A stretch of 56,786 nt of DNA from a virus. Taxonomy: Duplodnaviria; Caudoviricetes. The position numbers and the translations under genes were made by a program. The notes under the pieces are model-generated. The model was not told the DNA's origin and searched no databases. It was given only the letters and a program-made list of their open reading frames with translations. This document shows positions 53,091 to 56,786 of this stretch, piece after piece. Location: positions 1-56,786 of the IMG/VR virus record IMGVR_UViG_3300010396_000050. One strand, given 5' to 3'. Within the stretch, counting starts at the first letter, position 1; each line of letters begins with the position of its first letter.

Positions 53091-53110
53091 TATCGACGGT
53101 GCAAACGGAA

Positions 53111-53299
53111 CTACGCGGCCCGTTCCTCCAGCCGCTCCTCAATCTTGGCCATTTCCTCAGCAACACGCGTCGCTCCCGTGAGATGACGACGTAGCGCCTC
53201 ACGCAATTTTCGCAAGCGTTCGATGTCGCTATCTGTCGTCTCCGGCGACGCGGGTTTCGGCTTCGGTGCGAGGCCGACGGGTTGGGATCGGGCGATCAT
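53111..53299 (-). CDS. Hypothetical protein
   Basis: Coupled ORF with GGAGG SD. Confidence 0.5.
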   Translation of the reverse strand: MIARSQPVGLAPKPKPASPETTDSDIERLRKLREALRRHLTGATRVAEEMAKIEERLEERAA

Positions 53300-53592
53300 C
53301 AGACGTCCTCCGCACGCATGCCGAATGACGGGTCAAAGCAAAAATCAGCACGAATACGACTCGCAATTGCGCCTGGATGATGCCGAGCGAGTTCGATTGC
53401 CCGTGCGGGATCGTTGAAGCACCCGATGATTCGCTCGGAGTCCAAAGCAAGGACCACAAAGACATCGCGCGAACCACCAAGTTGCACCTTTGGCCTGAAA
53501 CTCCAATCCTGAACTTCCATCCCTTCAATCTGAGCGAGAACGGCAGGGTTGTAGTGGATCATCGCGCTCGGCGTGTAAAGGTCGTAGAACAT
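53299..53592 (-). CDS. Hypothetical protein
   Basis: Coupled ORF. Confidence 0.5.
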   Translation of the reverse strand: MFYDLYTPSAMIHYNPAVLAQIEGMEVQDWSFRPKVQLGGSRDVFVVLALDSERIIGCFNDPARAIELARHHPGAIASRIRADFCFDPSFGMRAEDV

Positions 53593-54096
53593 CTACGCCG
53601 CCTCCTCTGCCGGGACATCGTCGCGGATCGGGAGCGGCAGAAGACGCGCCCATGCGGTCGAGATACCGTCGATGTGCAGTTCCATCTGGTCCGTAAAGCC
53701 GCTGTCGAACATCTCCCATTCCCGCTGCGTCATGCACTTCGCGGCATCGTTCACATGCCACTGCACCGGGGCGAAGTGGCAGTGGCAAAGTTCGTGGCAA
53801 ATAATCTCGCGCAACTCCCATCCTTCGAACGTTGCCCATTCTTCCGCGAGCTGAATCACGGCGTACTTGCGACCGTAGACCACATCGCAAAAGCCGCCCG
53901 GTCGCATGTCGCCGCCTGGGTGAGCCGGTGGCGGATCATCTGCGAGTTTGATGCGCCAATCGTGCATGCCCATGAGTTGCGCAAGCGACCAGATGTAGTC
54001 GGCGAGCTTTTCTCGGTCGCCGTTCAGCAACATCGGCGTCTTCTCCGCAGTCTCGGCCATCTCGCCGACGGTGTAGGGCACTTCGGTCTCGGTCAT
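53593..54096 (-). CDS. Zincin-like metalloprotein
   Basis: EIICHELCHCH (HExxH) plus a downstream E. Confidence 0.65.
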   Translation of the reverse strand: MTETEVPYTVGEMAETAEKTPMLLNGDREKLADYIWSLAQLMGMHDWRIKLADDPPPAHPGGDMRPGGFCDVVYGRKYAVIQLAEEWATFEGWELREIICHELCHCHFAPVQWHVNDAAKCMTQREWEMFDSGFTDQMELHIDGISTAWARLLPLPIRDDVPAEEAA

Positions 54097-54356
54097 GACG
54101 CTGGCTCCATCGCATCGAACTTCGCTCGGTTGTCGGCGTAGATCGTCGTGTATTCGAGTTGCATGAGCGACCGCTCTTCCTCGCATATGGGGCACACGAT
54201 CCTGACCGACATGCCCTCAAACTGGCTGTCATTCGACTCTTTGACGTATTCGGCGTCCCGCTCTTCGAGCCTGAACACGGAATTGCAGTAGACGCAGGCG
54301 TACCGCCCTTCCCACTGATACCGCTTCGGTCGCTTGCCTTGCACAAGGACTTTCAT
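54093..54356 (-). CDS. Zn-ribbon protein
   Basis: CVYC...CPIC. Confidence 0.55.
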   Translation of the reverse strand: MKVLVQGKRPKRYQWEGRYACVYCNSVFRLEERDAEYVKESNDSQFEGMSVRIVCPICEEERSLMQLEYTTIYADNRAKFDAMEPAS

Positions 54357-54691
54357 AACGCACCCCTCCGCTCGACCGCGATCCGCTTCTGGTCTCCGGC
54401 GCCGTGCAGCGCCGCGCGCTGATGTTTGCGACTGGACGCTTGCCGGCGTTCGTGGCGGTTGGCGGGCGTGGTGTCGACGGGAACACTCGGTTCGTCATCG
54501 CGGACGTATCGGATCGAATACGTGTACGAGCCGTCGCCGTTGGATCGGGGAGGATCAACTACCCGGCGCCCCGGTACTTCTTCTGGTGCCCACGGGATAA
54601 TCGTGCTGAACTGGGTGGGCTCAGTCATGGGCCACTTGTGATCAACGTAGATGGTCTGCGGCGTTTGCATCGTGCGCGTTATGTCGCCCAT
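54353..54691 (-). CDS. Hypothetical protein
   Basis: GGAGG SD; coupled. Confidence 0.5.
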   Translation of the reverse strand: MGDITRTMQTPQTIYVDHKWPMTEPTQFSTIIPWAPEEVPGRRVVDPPRSNGDGSYTYSIRYVRDDEPSVPVDTTPANRHERRQASSRKHQRAALHGAGDQKRIAVERRGAL

Positions 54692-54852
54692 CACCGCCTC
54701 CCCTCGTACTCGCCGCTCGCGATCAACGTCAGCACGCCCAGCACCATCAGCGATGCGATGGCCACCGATCCGCCGTAGACGCATTCCAGCCAGACGCTCG
54801 CAATGAGCATGGCGGTGCCACAGAGGGCGAACGTGGGCTTCTTGAGGGGCAT
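54691..54852 (-). CDS. Small two-TM protein
   Basis: MPLKKPTFALCGTAMLIASVW...VAIASLMVLGVLTL. Confidence 0.45.
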   Translation of the reverse strand: MPLKKPTFALCGTAMLIASVWLECVYGGSVAIASLMVLGVLTLIASGEYEGRR

Positions 54853-55878
54853 CTAGTCTCCTCCGTACTTGGCAATGAGGTCATCGATCATCTGTTCACG
54901 GGGTTTCGTCGCCGGTGTCAGCGTGCAGGTGCAATTAGGATGCTCGGGGTACGGCGGCACGTCGCCCGTCTTGTAGACGCCAGCGCCAAACCCGTCATCA
55001 CGGCTTGCATTGTCATTGCATCCGTCTTGTCCCTCGTGGCTCGCACTCAGGACCCAGCGCACACCGATGACGCCGGGCGTGACCTTCGCGGCCTCGATAA
55101 CTGCGGCGCCATGCACCCTGGTAGTTTCGGTCCGTGCCAGACGACGGGCGCTTACGTTGCCCCAGTCGCCGCGACCTGGCGCCAATGTCTGGTTCCGGCG
55201 AATCAGCTTGCCGTTCTTGGTCACGTCCTCCGATTTGAATGCGGGGTTTAGATGGGATTCCAAGGAACGCGCAATGGAAAGCGCATCTTCCCCGTTTGCT
55301 ATCCCCTCACGGAGACGCTGGTCGATTGCTTGCCGCACGTCACGACCGTTCTTCCAGAGCCGTTGACTGAGCCGGTATCCGGATCGGGTGTTCCACCGTT
55401 CTCGCTTGACCCAAGCCCGGTCAGCGTCGAGCGCCTTCGACCGCAGCAGCCGTTGCCGTTGCGTCTCAGGCCCGTTCAAATCGCCGAGGACGCGCAAAAA
55501 CGGGTCAGCACTCTTCGATGACGCCTTACTTGCGATGTTGCGCCCCCAGAACGTCGGGTCGCTTTTGTCGATCACGTTCTTCACCCGCTCGATGCTGCGT
55601 TGGAACGGCAGCGCGGCGGCGCTATCGGTGCTGGCCAGCATTTCCTTAAAGAGGGTGGATGACAGCGCGCCTTCGACGGTACTCCCATAGTACCGACTGA
55701 TGATTACATTTATGTCACGCAAGATAAGTTTCCGCCGGAATGAGGTTAGCGGTCCGGGCGGCTCTCGGAGAAACACGGCGTTCACCTCCTGCCAGAACTT
55801 CGCGAAGACCCGATCGTTCCGCGCCAACGCCTGCCTTATCAGATCGACAAGATCCTTCTGTTCGACCGATAGCGCCAT
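54853..55878 (-). CDS. Minor capsid / head morphogenesis protein (MuF, SPP1 gp7-like)
   Basis: LSQRLW, ARRLARTET, PPYPEHPNCTC. Confidence 0.85.
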   Translation of the reverse strand: MALSVEQKDLVDLIRQALARNDRVFAKFWQEVNAVFLREPPGPLTSFRRKLILRDINVIISRYYGSTVEGALSSTLFKEMLASTDSAAALPFQRSIERVKNVIDKSDPTFWGRNIASKASSKSADPFLRVLGDLNGPETQRQRLLRSKALDADRAWVKRERWNTRSGYRLSQRLWKNGRDVRQAIDQRLREGIANGEDALSIARSLESHLNPAFKSEDVTKNGKLIRRNQTLAPGRGDWGNVSARRLARTETTRVHGAAVIEAAKVTPGVIGVRWVLSASHEGQDGCNDNASRDDGFGAGVYKTGDVPPYPEHPNCTCTLTPATKPREQMIDDLIAKYGGD

Positions 55879-55880
55879 GA

Positions 55881-56786
55881 CTACGCGGCCTGTGCGTCAG
55901 GGGCAGCTTGCTCCGGGTTGATCTCGGCGCTCAGGGGCAGCGGGGCGCTGCTGTAGGTGGCGCTGTTGTCCCCGTACTTGGCGAGGTCTGCCTCGAACTG
56001 CGTGATCTGATCCTCCGTATAGCCGTTCCACCGCAGCGCCGTAATCAGCGGCACGCCGTCGTTGACTTGCTGCGTGATCAGGTCCCAGACGTCATCCTCG
56101 GACGTGTCCTCGACGCTCTCCCACTTGACGCGGATATCGCCAGCCTTGACGTCGTAGCCCTTGAGCCGGAGGCCGTAGCGCTGCACGTCGCCCCAGACGG
56201 AGCCCGCGGCCTTTGCCCGGTCGAGCATTTTCTTGATAAACGGAATCGACGCGAGCGACTGCGCGCGGCCAGACGGGAAGTTGCCGCTCATCTCCAGGTA
56301 ATGCACCGGGATCTTCGAGACGCGGCAGATCGCCTTGTCGAGGTACTCCGTGATCGTCGTGTACTGGGCGATGTTGACGGCGGTGAACTCGGCAATCTTC
56401 GACTCGGGGCTTTCCAGCGTGACGATCTTGCTGACGCCAGTCACGAAGTTGTCGTAGAGCTTCTGCTCGTCGGCGTCCCGTGGTGATTCGACGCCGATCA
56501 GGACGCGCTGAGGAAACGCCATCAGCTCCATTGCAACGAAGAGGTCCATCAGGCTCTTGTTGATCGCGTCCTGCAACGAGAGGATCGAGCGGAGTTCGCT
56601 GACGCCGTAGGCGTTGGTGCGGGCGTTGTTCGCGAAGTGGAAGACCGGCACCGTGTCGTTGATGGGGAGCATCACGGGCCACGATTCGCCGTCCACCAGA
56701 TACGGGACCATGTCGTCGGCGGAGGCCGATGTGCCGGGACTACTGGCCTTGGCGCTGACGTACTTTTCGATCCGGTCGGTGAAGTA
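55881..56786 (-). CDS. Portal protein, C-terminal part
   Basis: Frame open to the window end (YFTDRIEKY...); VPVFHFAN, YGVSEL, LQDAINK, AFPQR, SGRAQ. Confidence 0.9.
   Translation of the reverse strand, partial: YFTDRIEKYVSAKASSPGTSASADDMVPYLVDGESWPVMLPINDTVPVFHFANNARTNAYGVSELRSILSLQDAINKSLMDLFVAMELMAFPQRVLIGVESPRDADEQKLYDNFVTGVSKIVTLESPESKIAEFTAVNIAQYTTITEYLDKAICRVSKIPVHYLEMSGNFPSGRAQSLASIPFIKKMLDRAKAAGSVWGDVQRYGLRLKGYDVKAGDIRVKWESVEDTSEDDVWDLITQQVNDGVPLITALRWNGYTEDQITQFEADLAKYGDNSATYSSAPLPLSAEINPEQAAPDAQAA

Noticed and set aside
1-56786. Stop-codon reassignment or suppressor tRNA
   Set aside because: Core genes are intact in the standard code, all three stops are used, and the only decoding tRNA is Thr(UGU).

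Overview
This window is an almost complete, circularly permuted genome of a temperate, GC-rich tailed phage (siphovirus-like). The portal gene is split across the two ends. A Chloroflexota or actinobacterial host is inferred from the SSB style and GAAC-N4-GTTC LexA-type boxes. Modules are packaging (terS/terL/portal), head, tail, lysis, replication (initiator with internal iterons, T7 gp4/Twinkle-like primase-helicase, SSB, Rad52/Sak-like annealase), a cI/cro switch, and a tyrosine integrase with attP-like arm repeats. The most unusual part is 20.3-28.7 kb. One leftward gene string encodes RtcB and Ro60 (TROVE-vWA), followed by three tandem Y RNAs with different distal domains. A separate ~540-nt non-coding transcription unit holds two circularly permuted tRNA mimics without anticodon loops, one canonical tRNA-Thr(UGU), a structured spacer, and a tRNA-shaped RNA whose anticodon/variable region is replaced by a hairpin plus pseudoknot. 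Two identical LexA-type boxes flank the integrase, one apparently driving a small RNA. All calls come from reading motifs by eye; no database searches or folding programs were run.
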